Positions 20,361-32,536 are shown, counted from the first letter of the stretch. The stretch is 64,000 nt of DNA from an uncultured Bacteroidota bacterium (GCA_903861145.1 CAIOTH010000046.1:658-64657); one strand, 5' to 3'. Notes: a model not told the origin generated them from the sequence alone. Numbers and translations: made by a program.

Positions 20361-22223
20361 ATGAACAGAAAGGGACTGATATTTTTTTTGCTTTTGTTGA
20401 ATGCGCTGGTTTCTTTTTCGCAGGATAAGAAAAATGTAATTAACGTAAGGCAGCAGCTTTTGCAGCGCAAACCGCAGGAGTTGAAGGAGGTGGTAGATTC
20501 ATTTCACCAGTTGCACCTGATGATTGGCGGCAACGTTTATCAAACCGAAAAGCACGTAAATTATGCCTACGATGCACAAACCGGTAAGTACGATTTTACG
20601 CATGAGTTTAAATACGTGCAGCCACTTTTGAATTTGGGCGACATTAGTATTGTGAACTTAAAAACATCGTTTGGCGATAACAGCGGCGATATGTTTTCAT
20701 CGCCCGATGAATTTGCGCTTACACTTAAATATGCGGGTATTAATGCCGTAATGCACGCCAATATGCATACCGCCAACGTGGACAAGGCAACCCTAAAACG
20801 CACCCGGGATGTTTTGAACCAGTACGACATGTACCACACCGGTGCATTTATTGACCAAATGGAGCGCACAGGTAATTATCCGCTTATTATGGATAAGAAG
20901 GGGTTTAGAATAGCGATACTGAACTATACCAAATTGCCAAGCCGGCCCGAGAGTTCAAGGTCGTTTGTAATTAATGAGGTTGACAAAAGTGCTATTGATA
21001 AGGATATGCGGCTGGCACAGGCTTACAAGCCAGATTTTATTATTGTGTATTTTGACTGGAGCGATAATTTTAAGGATATTCCGAGCCCTACCCAACAAGA
21101 GCTTTCGAAGTACGTTTTTGAAAAGGGAGCCGACCTGGTGGTGGGGACTTGCCCTAACGTACCCATGCGTATTGACTACGTGAATTACTTCTATAAAGGT
21201 GTCGCCCGCGAGGGTGTGGTAGCCTATTCGTTGGGAAATTTACTGGCCAGCGACCAACAGGTTAAAAACCGCAATGGTTTTTTGATGGATATGGAGGTGA
21301 AGAAAAATATTTTTACCAATGAAACCCATATTACCGATTGGGGCATTATACCGGTTTATACCTATTACGATACCACCACTGTAAAGGGTAAAACCAATGT
21401 ATATTCAGTGCCGTGTTGGGCGATAGAAAACGGCGATATTTTTCCGAATATACCTTATATAGAAAAGCGCCGGGTGGTTAACGGAGCTTACCAGGTTAGG
21501 CAAATGCTGGGGGCCAATGCAGATGAAGTTCAATACAACCTGAATGAGCTGATTGTAAATAATATTAAGGAGACGATAGAAATTACCAGTGCATCATTAA
21601 ACAACAAATTTAGCGTAGTGCATAGTAGCGACTTAAAGCCAAGTGCCCCGCCTGCGGCACCATTAACCGCTACTGACCCTAAGAGTGCGGCTTCGCTTGA
21701 AAGGGTTTACGAGCAATCTGCAGGGCCCTCAGAAGCCCTGGTGCAAGAGGCTTCCACAGATAAGAAGAAGTCAAAGACTTACATAAAGGAAAAAGCGAAG
21801 GCTGAAGATATTTTTGTCAGCGCTCCTGCTAAACCGGCAACAAAACCTATAGATACTGTTGCTAAAAAGCCAGTTGTTGTTGCCCCGGTTGTTGCCCCAA
21901 AAACAACTGAGGTAAGTGCCACAAACAAGCCGGAGGTTCAACCAGTGCTGACGGAGGAAAAAGTGGAAGAGATACCCACTGTTTCGGACACTGTTTACCG
22001 GATTCAGTTTTATGCCCTTAAAGTTTATGAGCCGTTGGATACCACCTATTATACCCACTTAAAAGGTTACGAGGTTTACCAGGAAGGAGGCCTATACAAA
22101 TACGTAATAGGCAAGTTTAAAAGTATTGAGAAGTGTGCTGCTTTTTGGAAGGAACAAATACAACCCAGGTATAAGCAAAGCTTTATTGTTAAGTTTATTA
22201 ATGGAAAAAGGGCGCTGAAATAG
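20361..22223 (+). CDS. CapA-like (PGA_cap metallophosphatase-type) protein with C-terminal SPOR domain
   Basis: The N-terminal half has GDISIVNLKTSFGD...AGINAVMHANMHTAN (CapA-like). After a Pro/Ala/Lys-rich linker, YRIQFYALK...YKYVIGKF fits a SPOR peptidoglycan-binding domain. Confidence 0.6.
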   Translation: MNRKGLIFFLLLLNALVSFSQDKKNVINVRQQLLQRKPQELKEVVDSFHQLHLMIGGNVYQTEKHVNYAYDAQTGKYDFTHEFKYVQPLLNLGDISIVNLKTSFGDNSGDMFSSPDEFALTLKYAGINAVMHANMHTANVDKATLKRTRDVLNQYDMYHTGAFIDQMERTGNYPLIMDKKGFRIAILNYTKLPSRPESSRSFVINEVDKSAIDKDMRLAQAYKPDFIIVYFDWSDNFKDIPSPTQQELSKYVFEKGADLVVGTCPNVPMRIDYVNYFYKGVAREGVVAYSLGNLLASDQQVKNRNGFLMDMEVKKNIFTNETHITDWGIIPVYTYYDTTTVKGKTNVYSVPCWAIENGDIFPNIPYIEKRRVVNGAYQVRQMLGANADEVQYNLNELIVNNIKETIEITSASLNNKFSVVHSSDLKPSAPPAAPLTATDPKSAASLERVYEQSAGPSEALVQEASTDKKKSKTYIKEKAKAEDIFVSAPAKPATKPIDTVAKKPVVVAPVVAPKTTEVSATNKPEVQPVLTEEKVEEIPTVSDTVYRIQFYALKVYEPLDTTYYTHLKGYEVYQEGGLYKYVIGKFKSIEKCAAFWKEQIQPRYKQSFIVKFINGKRALK

Positions 22224-22254
22224 GGATACATCACTTTAATATTAACACACGGTT

Positions 22255-22968
22255 TTGAACTTAGCCATTGACATAGGAAATACCCAAATAAAATTCGGCT
22301 TGTTTGTAAAAGACGAGTTGAAGGAAGTGTTTACCCAACATGAGGGGATTGAGTTTGTTTTGGCTAACCGGAAAATCAAGCACGCCATTATTTCGAAAAC
22401 AGGAGTTAATGATGAGGTGGAATACTACCTAAAGGCCAACAAAATAAAAACGGTGGTTTTATCGCATCAGCTAAAACTTCCGATAGAGATATTATATAAA
22501 ACGCCTCAAACTTTGGGGGCCGATAGGATTGCGGGTTCGGTAGCGGCCAAGGCTCTTTTTGCTGATAAGAACGTTTTAAAGATTGATTTTGGCACCTGTG
22601 TTACCTACGATTTTGTTAATAATAAGCAACAATTTATGGGTGGGGCTATTTCGCCGGGTATGATAATGCGTTTTAAAGCATTGCATAACTACACCGCCAA
22701 GCTTCCATTAGTTGACCCCATGCAGCACCTAACTTACGAGCTGACAGGCACTGATACCGACACTTCTATACTCAGCGGAGTGGTAAATGGCATAAAAGAA
22801 GAGGTTACCGGGATAATAAAAGAATACGATACACGTTTTGGCAATCTGCAAGTGGTGGCAACGGGCGGCGATGCGGGTTTTTTTGTTACTCTGCTCAAAA
22901 ATGAGATATTTGCCCGCCCTTATCTGGTATTAGAAGGTTTAAACCGAATTCTGAATTATAACATATAG
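22255..22968 (+). CDS. coaX: type III pantothenate kinase
   Basis: TTG start. NLAIDIGNTQIKFG, GADRIA and ATGGDA motifs are typical of CoaX. Confidence 0.8.
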   Translation: MNLAIDIGNTQIKFGLFVKDELKEVFTQHEGIEFVLANRKIKHAIISKTGVNDEVEYYLKANKIKTVVLSHQLKLPIEILYKTPQTLGADRIAGSVAAKALFADKNVLKIDFGTCVTYDFVNNKQQFMGGAISPGMIMRFKALHNYTAKLPLVDPMQHLTYELTGTDTDTSILSGVVNGIKEEVTGIIKEYDTRFGNLQVVATGGDAGFFVTLLKNEIFARPYLVLEGLNRILNYNI

Positions 22969-22969
22969 C

Positions 22970-24304
22970 GTGAAAGCAAAGTCGAATTATAAAGTGAAGG
23001 TTACTGGTTTTGCACTGCAAATCATTTTTGCCTTCATCCTGCTGTGCGCAAGTGTAAATGGCTTTTCGCAGGCCGAATCGCCTTACTCAAGATATGGGTT
23101 AGGCTTAATTCGTAACCCGGTGTTTTCAGCAAATATGGGTATGGGTTATCTTGCAGCACCTTATGCAAGTGCCGTCAACATTAATTACGCCAACCCGGCT
23201 TCTTACGCATCATTAACCCGTACTACTATCGAAATTGGAGTGCTTATGGATGGCAATCATCTTACTTCGGGCGATTCAAGTTATCGTTCGGGAAGTGGTG
23301 GCGTTAATCATTTTGCTATTGCTTTGGTGCCTTCGGCCAAGCATAACGCATGGGCTATTTGCTTTGGCATGCTGCCTTACTCAAACGTTAACTATAACTT
23401 TGTTCAGAATTTCAACGACCCATCCATCGGTCAGTATTCTGAAAGTTACTTTGGTTCGGGTTCGCTGTACCAGGCTTATGTAGGCGGGGCTGTTAAAGTA
23501 AAAGGGTTTTCGATTGGCGCTAACCTTGGTTTTCTTTTTGGCAAACTTCAATATCAAAAGGCCATCAGCTTTCCTCAAGATAGTTTTGCTTCGTATACAA
23601 CAGAAAATGTTACTACGGTTAATGCAAAGGGCTTTACTTACAACGTAGGCATACAGTACCAAAAACTGATTTATCATAATCGTGATGACCCGGATGCAAG
23701 AAGGGATATTATGGCATTTTTCGGGGCCTATGGTTCAAGCGGTATGCAGATGAATACCAAGGTGAGCAACTATTGGTACCGTTCGGTTTTCAATACTTCT
23801 ACCAGTAGCCAGCAAATTATTGATACCCTTGAGCAACAAGTACCGCAGGTGGGCAAAATTACGCTTCCGTATAACGTGGGTGCCGGTTTAATGTTTGGTA
23901 ACGAAAGGTTTTGGATGGCTGGTGCCGATTTTAAATATACCGGTTGGGGAACTTACACAACCCCGCTGGATAATGGTGGCCTTGTAAATAGCTGGCAACT
24001 ATCGGTTGGTGGACAGATAACACCTAAGTACGATGACCGGAACTACTTTTTACATATGCAGTACCGCATGGGGATGTACTACGGCAAAAGCGAAATTTCA
24101 ATAGGTGGTAGCCAGCTTACACAGGCGGGTGCTACGTTGGGTGTGGGCTTTCCGTTTAAATCGGTTGCGCACTTAAATATTACCGGCGATTTTGGCTCGT
24201 TGGGCAGCCCCGGAAATGCAACAGCTTTACAAGAAACCTATTACCGCTTTACTATAGGTTTTGTGCTTAACGACATTTGGTTTATTAAGCGCAAATTTGA
24301 TTAA
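22970..24304 (+). CDS. uncharacterised outer-membrane beta-barrel protein
   Basis: Signal peptide, SPYSRYGLG motif, alternating beta-strand pattern and a C-terminal aromatic residue (KRKFD preceded by IWFI). Lies between coaX and lptC. Confidence 0.5.
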   Translation: MKAKSNYKVKVTGFALQIIFAFILLCASVNGFSQAESPYSRYGLGLIRNPVFSANMGMGYLAAPYASAVNINYANPASYASLTRTTIEIGVLMDGNHLTSGDSSYRSGSGGVNHFAIALVPSAKHNAWAICFGMLPYSNVNYNFVQNFNDPSIGQYSESYFGSGSLYQAYVGGAVKVKGFSIGANLGFLFGKLQYQKAISFPQDSFASYTTENVTTVNAKGFTYNVGIQYQKLIYHNRDDPDARRDIMAFFGAYGSSGMQMNTKVSNYWYRSVFNTSTSSQQIIDTLEQQVPQVGKITLPYNVGAGLMFGNERFWMAGADFKYTGWGTYTTPLDNGGLVNSWQLSVGGQITPKYDDRNYFLHMQYRMGMYYGKSEISIGGSQLTQAGATLGVGFPFKSVAHLNITGDFGSLGSPGNATALQETYYRFTIGFVLNDIWFIKRKFD

Positions 24305-24327
24305 TACCCTATTTCAAGCGCCAAACT

Positions 24328-24909
24328 ATGCTTAAACGAATTGGTTGCTTTTTTCTACGTTATAACTTATTGGTTTTAGCTGCCTGTGCTTTTTTTTCGC
24401 TGCAATTGGTTTCGTGCAAAAACGACCTTGACCAGGCAAGGCTGGTGTTTGCCCGCGCCAATGTAAATATTGAAAAGGGTAAACAGGTAGAGATTAATTA
24501 TTCGGATAAAGGAGTTGTACGCATCAAGGCTGTGGCTCCCACCGCAACCCGGTTTAACAACAACAGGCCTTATCTCGAATTTTCGGACGGCATTAAAATT
24601 CAGTTTTATAACGAGCAGCATAATATTGAAAGCACGCTTACCGCTAAGTACGCTACTGCGTATGAAAACAGCCACAGTATGACAGCGCGCGATAGTGTGG
24701 TAGTGGTTAATGATAAGGGCGAAATTTTGAATACCGACGAATTGATTTGGGACGAGGACAAGAAAATTATCTACTCAAATTCGTTTGTAAAGATTAGAAC
24801 CAAAGATGAAATTATTTATGGTAACGGTATGACGGCTAACGAGAATTTTACCGGTTACGTTATTAAAAACATTACCGGCACTATTAAAGTTAATTCGAGT
24901 AACATGTAA
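24328..24909 (+). CDS. lptC: LPS export periplasmic protein LptC (probable)
   Basis: 193 aa with an N-terminal membrane anchor and a beta-jellyroll-type sequence. The size fits LptC. Confidence 0.55.
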   Translation: MLKRIGCFFLRYNLLVLAACAFFSLQLVSCKNDLDQARLVFARANVNIEKGKQVEINYSDKGVVRIKAVAPTATRFNNNRPYLEFSDGIKIQFYNEQHNIESTLTAKYATAYENSHSMTARDSVVVVNDKGEILNTDELIWDEDKKIIYSNSFVKIRTKDEIIYGNGMTANENFTGYVIKNITGTIKVNSSNM

Positions 24910-24925
24910 AGCAAATGCATTTTTG

Positions 24926-24942
24926 GCCACAAAGGCACAGAG
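24926..24942. repeat. solo copy of the GCCACAAAGGCAC REP-like motif
   Basis: GCCACAAAGGCACAGAG lies directly after the lptC stop. The same 13-mer occurs at 13390. Confidence 0.5.
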
Positions 24943-24980
24943 AAAAATGCGAAGGAATACACAAGCATTAAATAAACAAC

Positions 24981-25205
24981 ATGGGTATACTTAAATATTT
25001 AGAAAAGGCCTGGATAGTAGCTGCGGTAAGCGCATTAGTGGTTATGCTTTATAACCTTATTACCCTAAGGGTTTTCGATAGCCATGTTTATTTTCCGCTT
25101 TTCTGCGCGGTGTTTTGTGTTTTAATATGGTATAACATTCGCGGGCAGAGGAGATTCAGGGAGAAGATATTTGGCGAGAAGAAGGAGAAAGACGCTAAAA
25201 AATAA
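24981..25205 (+). CDS. small membrane protein
   Basis: 74 aa with two hydrophobic helices and a basic tail. Confidence 0.4.
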   Translation: MGILKYLEKAWIVAAVSALVVMLYNLITLRVFDSHVYFPLFCAVFCVLIWYNIRGQRRFREKIFGEKKEKDAKK

Positions 25206-25207
25206 AC

Positions 25208-26476
25208 TTACTTATTGGCCCACAGCAGTGATCCATCGCCATAGCTTAAAAACCGGAATTGGTTTTGTAAAGCATACTCATAAATTCGTTTCCACCCCTC
25301 ACTATCGTTTCCAATTACAGCAGCAACTAATAGTAACAGTGTGGATGCGGGCTGATGAAAATTGGTGATAATAGCATTGGCCACGCGTAATTTATAACCA
25401 GGAGCAATCATAATTTGGGTTTTGCAAAGCAAGCGGTTAAGCTCTTGTTTGTTCATCCAATCAAGCAATGCCTGTAACACTAAACGAGTTTGTTCCTTTC
25501 CCGCGTTACCGGTAGGTAGCTCATAAGGGTCCCATTGCTTCACCTCAAGTTGGTTGATCGATGCATCAGTATTATGCTGCGCCTTAATCCCCATCCAAAA
25601 CAGCGACTCGATGGTGCGAAGTGAAGTAGTGCCTACGGCAATAATGTTGTTATTGAGCGATTGAATGAGCGATTGAATGGTGGCCACATCTATATCAATC
25701 ATTTCCGCATGCATTTCGTGGCCTTCCATTTTTTCGGCTTTTACCGGTTTAAAGGTACCGGCGCCAACGTGCAGGGTTACATACGCACTTTGGACATTCT
25801 TTGCTTTTAGAGTATTCATTACCTCTTCAGTAAAGTGGAGCCCGGCAGTGGGCGCGGCTACCGAGCCCTTTTGAGCTGCGTACACTGTTTGGTAGCGCAA
25901 TTGGTCAACCTCTTCCGATTCGCGCCTTAAGTAAGGCGGTATGGGCATCATGCCCGTTTTGTCAAGTATTTCGGCAAAGGTGTAGTGCGCGGGTTGCCAG
26001 GTAAACTCAACAACAAACGAATCTGCGGTTCGTGAAACTATTTCAGCGGTCAAAGTAAAGTCTCCAAGTGCTAAATTGAGCTGTTTTTCCTTCCATTTAT
26101 TGGCGCGTCCAATCAAACAGTTCCAACGCGCGCTTCCGGTTTGTGACATGGCACTGGCCATGTCCCGTGCCTTTTCGGCTTTGGTCTCCCCTTTAGAGGA
26201 CGGAATGGGTGCCGGGTCCAAACAAAATATCTCAATTTTAGCACCGGTAGCATTTTTGAAAAACAAACGCGCGGGTATTACCCGGGTATTATTAAAAACC
26301 AGCAACGAGTTTTGCGGTATGCGCTGAGCGAGGTTGCGGTAAATATCTTCCGATATTTGCCCATCCTTATAAATCAAAAGCTTTGAGAGGTCGCGTTCGG
26401 CCAAGGGGTATTTGGCAATTCGCTCATCGGGCAAAGGGTATATAAAATCTGCTATTGAAAGGTTTTTTGGATGCAT
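25208..26476 (-). CDS. queA: S-adenosylmethionine:tRNA ribosyltransferase-isomerase
   Basis: DFIYPLPDERIAKYPL, VFNNTRVIPARL, GSVAAPTAGLHFT, VTLHVGAGTFKPV, AVGTTSLRTIES and FRFLSYGD blocks. Start set at MHPKNLSIADF. Confidence 0.85.
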   Translation of the reverse strand: MHPKNLSIADFIYPLPDERIAKYPLAERDLSKLLIYKDGQISEDIYRNLAQRIPQNSLLVFNNTRVIPARLFFKNATGAKIEIFCLDPAPIPSSKGETKAEKARDMASAMSQTGSARWNCLIGRANKWKEKQLNLALGDFTLTAEIVSRTADSFVVEFTWQPAHYTFAEILDKTGMMPIPPYLRRESEEVDQLRYQTVYAAQKGSVAAPTAGLHFTEEVMNTLKAKNVQSAYVTLHVGAGTFKPVKAEKMEGHEMHAEMIDIDVATIQSLIQSLNNNIIAVGTTSLRTIESLFWMGIKAQHNTDASINQLEVKQWDPYELPTGNAGKEQTRLVLQALLDWMNKQELNRLLCKTQIMIAPGYKLRVANAIITNFHQPASTLLLLVAAVIGNDSEGWKRIYEYALQNQFRFLSYGDGSLLWANK

Positions 26477-26533
26477 AATACCGGCGCTAAAATAACAGGC
26501 TTTCGCTTTCGGCAATTGTAATAAATTCAATGC

Positions 26534-27121
26534 ATGAAAATACCTCCTTTGTATGCTGCACTTCATGCTGTTGTAAGCCGTATGGTTGAATTGACTGATG
26601 AAGAGTGGCAGGCTTTTTTTGATATGCTCATATATCGGGAAGTGCCTAAAAAATTCAGGTTAACAGATGTGGGTGAGATTGCCCGCGAGGCATATTTTAT
26701 TAATAAAGGGCTGGCACGATTGTATTTTTTAAAGGAGGGCGAAGAAATAAGCGCAAACTTTGTTTTTGAAAATGGTTTTATAGCATCGCTGGAAAGCGTT
26801 TTGCTAAAAACCAAAAGCCGGCAGGCTGTAGAAACCATAGAAGAGTGCGAATTGCTGGTGATTAACAAAGTAAAACTGGATGAATTAACTGCAACCTATC
26901 CGAGCTTCAATATCTTCTCGAAAGCCCTTGCCGAATTTGCTTTTATTACACTGCAACGCAGAGCGTCATCATTTATACTTGATTCGCCTGAGGAGCGATA
27001 CGTGAACATGTTGAATGAACGGCCCAATATGCTTGAGCGCGTTCCGCAACATATGATTGCCTCTTATTTAGGCGTAACACCGGTTTCGTTAAGCCGCATC
27101 AGGGGCAGAATATCGCCGTAG
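26534..27121 (+). CDS. Crp/Fnr family transcriptional regulator
   Basis: cNMP-binding beta-roll (AYFINKGLARLYF) and a C-terminal HTH (IASYLGVTPVSLSRIR). Confidence 0.8.
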   Translation: MKIPPLYAALHAVVSRMVELTDEEWQAFFDMLIYREVPKKFRLTDVGEIAREAYFINKGLARLYFLKEGEEISANFVFENGFIASLESVLLKTKSRQAVETIEECELLVINKVKLDELTATYPSFNIFSKALAEFAFITLQRRASSFILDSPEERYVNMLNERPNMLERVPQHMIASYLGVTPVSLSRIRGRISP

Positions 27122-27191
27122 GTGATTTGTTATCTTTAGATAATGCTTTGGGCCTAGCGCAGACAGTATGTTTGTATAAAATATAAAGAAC

Positions 27192-27623
27192 ATGAAAGCA
27201 CTACAAACAAAAATAGTAATTAATGCTACGGCAGAAAAAGTTTGGTCTATTTTAACCGACTTTGAAAAATTCCCACAATGGAATCCTTTTATAGTTAAGC
27301 TTGAAGGGAAGCCTGAGGTGAATACCCGCTTACGGGCTGAACTGAAAAACGGCAATGGCGTTAGCGTTTTTAAACCCAACGTACTTGTGGTCGAGAAAAG
27401 CACCGCTTTTGAGTGGCTGGGCAGCCTGCCCATACCGGGTTTGTTTAACGGTCATCATTATTTCAGGATAGAGGCAATAAGCAATGCGCAGGTTAAGTTT
27501 ATACATGGCGAAGAATTTACCGGCTTGTTGGCGGGCTTAATTATGAGCAAAATTGGCGAGCAAACGCGCAATGGATTTATTGCTATGAACAAGGCTTTAA
27601 AAGAAAGAGCAGAGAGGGCTTAG
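27192..27623 (+). CDS. SRPBCC (polyketide cyclase/START-like) domain protein
   Basis: INATAEKVWSILTDFEKFPQWNPFI is the typical SRPBCC N-terminal block. 143 aa. Confidence 0.7.
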   Translation: MKALQTKIVINATAEKVWSILTDFEKFPQWNPFIVKLEGKPEVNTRLRAELKNGNGVSVFKPNVLVVEKSTAFEWLGSLPIPGLFNGHHYFRIEAISNAQVKFIHGEEFTGLLAGLIMSKIGEQTRNGFIAMNKALKERAERA

Positions 27624-27706
27624 GTTTGAGGTACAATGGGTTATAACCCCCTTTTGCATGGTATTGCTTTTTTTTGTTTATTGCATTCAATTAAACAGCA
27701 ATATAT

Positions 27707-28384
27707 ATGAAAAAAATATTTAATACTACACTTGGCTTAACTTTACTAACAACCATGTTATTGATTGGCGGATGCAAGAAAGCCGCCACCATAGATGGCC
27801 ACGTTGCTTCTTCAACAGAAAACTATACTACACCAACCGGAACCACCACAACGGTTACTACCAGTACCTATGATTCCCAAGGCCGTTTGGTTTTACAACA
27901 GGTTACAGGCAAATCACCAGTGTCTTTAAGTTATAGCAACGGCCAGGTGACAGCAACCTCGGGCACTTCCACTCCAACAGTATTTACGCTTAATAGCGCA
28001 GGATATGCAACATCTGATGGTTCGAGTACCTATGTTTATGATAACAACGGTTATAATACCGTCGTTTCCAACTCTTCTCCAGGTGCTACCTCGGTGGTAA
28101 ACACTATCAATAGCGGTAACGTGGCCTCAAGCACGCAAACAACAAACGGGGTAGCTTCAACTTATAGCTACACTTATCTTTCAACCAAAGACTACAGAGA
28201 ATACGGCCTGGATTTTTTGGGTAAAAACAGCGTTGACCTAATCAACGCAGAAACCGTCAGCAACCCTACAAGCTCAACTTACACTTTTTCGTATACCTTT
28301 GATGGTAAAGGAAGAGTGCAAACTCAAATGTGGACATCGGGAACTACGAGCGACGTTACTTCATACACTTACACTACCAACTAA
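27707..28384 (+). CDS. Thr/Ser-rich lipoprotein with YD-repeat-like motifs
   Basis: Lipobox LIGGC. YDSQGRLV, YVYDNNGYN and YTFDGKGRV resemble YD/RHS repeat units. Confidence 0.5.
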   Translation: MKKIFNTTLGLTLLTTMLLIGGCKKAATIDGHVASSTENYTTPTGTTTTVTTSTYDSQGRLVLQQVTGKSPVSLSYSNGQVTATSGTSTPTVFTLNSAGYATSDGSSTYVYDNNGYNTVVSNSSPGATSVVNTINSGNVASSTQTTNGVASTYSYTYLSTKDYREYGLDFLGKNSVDLINAETVSNPTSSTYTFSYTFDGKGRVQTQMWTSGTTSDVTSYTYTTN

Positions 28385-28413
28385 AAACATTAAGCAGCGA
28401 TGCTGCAGTATTT

Positions 28414-28446
28414 AAAAAAGCAAGCCCGAACGGCTTGCTTTTTTTA
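28414..28446. terminator. bidirectional intrinsic terminator
   Basis: An A-run, then GCAAGCC (28420-28426), a 5-nt loop, GGCTTGC (28432-38), and a T-run. Confidence 0.7.
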
Positions 28447-29170
28447 TTTACCCGAAACGGTATTGTTAAACTACTTATCCCCACCCCTTGTTTTTAAATT
28501 TTCGTTACCGTAATTTCGTATTATAATACTAAATGGTGGTATTGTGATTTTTGCAGTTTGACAGTTCATTGACATAATAGCAAATGTTTGAACCTTGATT
28601 GAAGGATTAAAAGAAGACTTGAGTGGATTGCGATTTCATTGCATGTTGAGTGCAAGTAAAACGCAGTCTGGCAAAAAAGGTTACAAAGGGTTACAAAAGG
28701 TTACAAATTCTGTGCGCGGAGAGCAAGTGTGCTATGCCGGTTGGCGTCCCCGCCAACCGGGAGGAAACGTTTGCTCAAAACTAACCCTCACCAAAATGCA
28801 CGTTAATATCAGTTGCCCTAATGTGCGCTAAATTACCTAGTGATTCTTTCATTGCGGTTTTCATTGTTCCTAAATTATCCGACGGTACTCTCATCCAGTT
28901 TTTCAGGAAGGTGTTCCATATATTCTTAGTAGTTTTCATAGCGCTGATTTTAGTATCCTGTTTAACGACACTACAAAGGTATTGCCTGCGCTATGGCCGC
29001 GGTTACACAATTAAATAAATAAGTTGTAGAATTTAGGAGTTGGCTTTTGTGCGCGTATTGCGAAAGTTATGTTGAGCGAAGCTATCTAACCTGGCTCAGG
29101 CCGTGGTTTTATGCTACGCTCAAACGCAAATAATTTTTTATAGCTTTACAACTACTGAAACAAAAAATAT

Positions 29171-29821
29171 ATGAAAAGCAAGACTTTTTTCCCTTTCGTT
29201 ATTTCTGCTATTGTTTTGATGTTTATGTTTTCAACCATGGCTTGTGTTGCACAAGTAGGTATCTATCAAACCATCGAAGAATATAAAAGGGGTACGCCAT
29301 CAAAAACCGGTGATTGGATAAATTCAGAAATGGTTTTTGGTAAGTGGTCGTTTACATTGCATAATGGTAAAGACAAACAGAAGTTTGACGCAAAAAGCAT
29401 TTGGGGTTATAAAAAAGGCAATAGAGATTACAGGATCATTGACGGAGAACCTTATTTCATAGCTACGAAGGGAGCACTGTATATCTACTCAGGTATTAAG
29501 GATTCAATTCAAATTAAGGGCAACGAAATTATTTATCATAAAATTGATAATCGATATCCATATCTCTCAAAGGGTATAAATGGCGAATTAGTCAAAATTC
29601 ATAACTACAAGGATATTTTAAAGCAAATGGAACCCAAAAAGGCGGCCGAGATAGAAGCAATTATTCAAAATGAAAAGAAGCATCCAAAACAATCAATAAC
29701 TGTAACTTCTTTTTCCGAAGACATTGCCGATTATTATAACTCTCTTCAACCGGGATATGTTGGTCCGCGATTTACTTCATTCGAATATGTATACAATCGT
29801 GCCGATTATGGATTTAAATAA
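29171..29821 (+). CDS. exported hypothetical protein
   Basis: 216-aa ORF with an N-terminal signal-like segment. No recognisable motif. Confidence 0.45.
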   Translation: MKSKTFFPFVISAIVLMFMFSTMACVAQVGIYQTIEEYKRGTPSKTGDWINSEMVFGKWSFTLHNGKDKQKFDAKSIWGYKKGNRDYRIIDGEPYFIATKGALYIYSGIKDSIQIKGNEIIYHKIDNRYPYLSKGINGELVKIHNYKDILKQMEPKKAAEIEAIIQNEKKHPKQSITVTSFSEDIADYYNSLQPGYVGPRFTSFEYVYNRADYGFK

Positions 29822-29893
29822 TTCATTACTGACCGAGTTTTAGGCGCAACTTCGACCCCAAATGCAGCAAGATTTCCGATTGCATATCCGGCA

Positions 29894-30850
29894 CTAAATA
29901 ATTTCCACCTGCCTGGCCACCTTCTGCAAAATTTCAAATACGGTTTCCGCCATAACGTTTTCGCTATCGAGGGTGGGGTTTATTTCGGTAAACTCGAGGC
30001 AGCAAACTTTTTCGTTTTGTACAAACTCGAGGATAATATCGGCGGCTTCGCGTTCGTTCAAACCGCCTTTAACAGGGGTGCCCGTTCCGCGGCTGATAGA
30101 TGGGTCGAGCGAGTCAACATCGAAGGTGATGTAGATTTTATCGCATTGGGATAGGTACTTTAGGGCCTCGCGGCATATTTTGGTTACGCCGGTTTTGCGG
30201 ATTTCGGCGGTGCTGTAGTTTTTAACGCGGTGTTGTTTTATAAGATATCCTTCCTGCTCCTCAAAGTCGCGGAGGGTCATAAAAAGCAGGTCGGGGTACT
30301 CCACTTTGGGGGTAATATCGCCTACGTTTTTAAGGCGCTCCCAAAGTTCAATCGTCTCATAATCAAGGTTATTTACCTTGTTTTCAATATTATCTTCGGC
30401 CAAAGCGGTGGCTAAAGGCATGCCGTGCATGTTGCCGGATGGAGAAGTATAGGGAGAGTGCAAATCGGCATGGGCATCAATCCAGATAACGCCGAGGCGT
30501 GAGTCGGGGTAGGCCATTTTAACCCCGGCAATACTACCGCCGGAGGTGCTATGGTCGCCGGATAAGATGATAGGGAACTTGCCGTCTTTTAGAGTATCGC
30601 GCACTGCCGCACCTACGCGTTCGTACATCTTTAATACGCTACGTATACGCTTGGCGTAGCGGCTTTCAATCATGCCAAAAAGGGCAGCGTTATCGTCGGG
30701 TATGTTAATGCTCCGGTGGGTCTTAAAAAAATCGCTTCTAAAATCCAGGGCGGCAATTTTAATGGCATCAATGCCCAAGCTGGCCCCGCGGGTGCCGGCA
30801 CCCACTTCACTCTTCACTTCTAATAGGCGTATTTGTTTACCTTTTCGCAT
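29894..30850 (-). CDS. arginase-family hydrolase (arginase / formimidoylglutamase)
   Basis: Mn-ligand blocks SGDHSTSGG, IWIDAHADLHSP and ITFDVDSLDPS. Confidence 0.8.
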   Translation of the reverse strand: MRKGKQIRLLEVKSEVGAGTRGASLGIDAIKIAALDFRSDFFKTHRSINIPDDNAALFGMIESRYAKRIRSVLKMYERVGAAVRDTLKDGKFPIILSGDHSTSGGSIAGVKMAYPDSRLGVIWIDAHADLHSPYTSPSGNMHGMPLATALAEDNIENKVNNLDYETIELWERLKNVGDITPKVEYPDLLFMTLRDFEEQEGYLIKQHRVKNYSTAEIRKTGVTKICREALKYLSQCDKIYITFDVDSLDPSISRGTGTPVKGGLNEREAADIILEFVQNEKVCCLEFTEINPTLDSENVMAETVFEILQKVARQVEII

Positions 30851-31021
30851 AAATAATTGATTATCAATAAACAGGGGATGTTTTCAAGCTCTAAACAACA
30901 ACAAGAAAGGCAAACCGCCAAAAAAAGCTCCTTCTGTTTCTATAAAAAAAGTTCATAAGTCACTATACGGGTTATTAGTTCTTTCTATATTAGTTTCGCT
31001 AAATTATTAACAAACCCCTAA

Positions 31022-32536
<1,515 letters not shown>

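Noticed and set aside
28595-29018. Plus-strand ORFs 28595-28831 and 28821-29018
   Set aside because: The first is translated straight through the GGTTACAAA tandem array and the 10-bp palindrome. The second has odd composition. Neither has a plausible start context, so I treated the region as non-coding and describe it as a finding instead.
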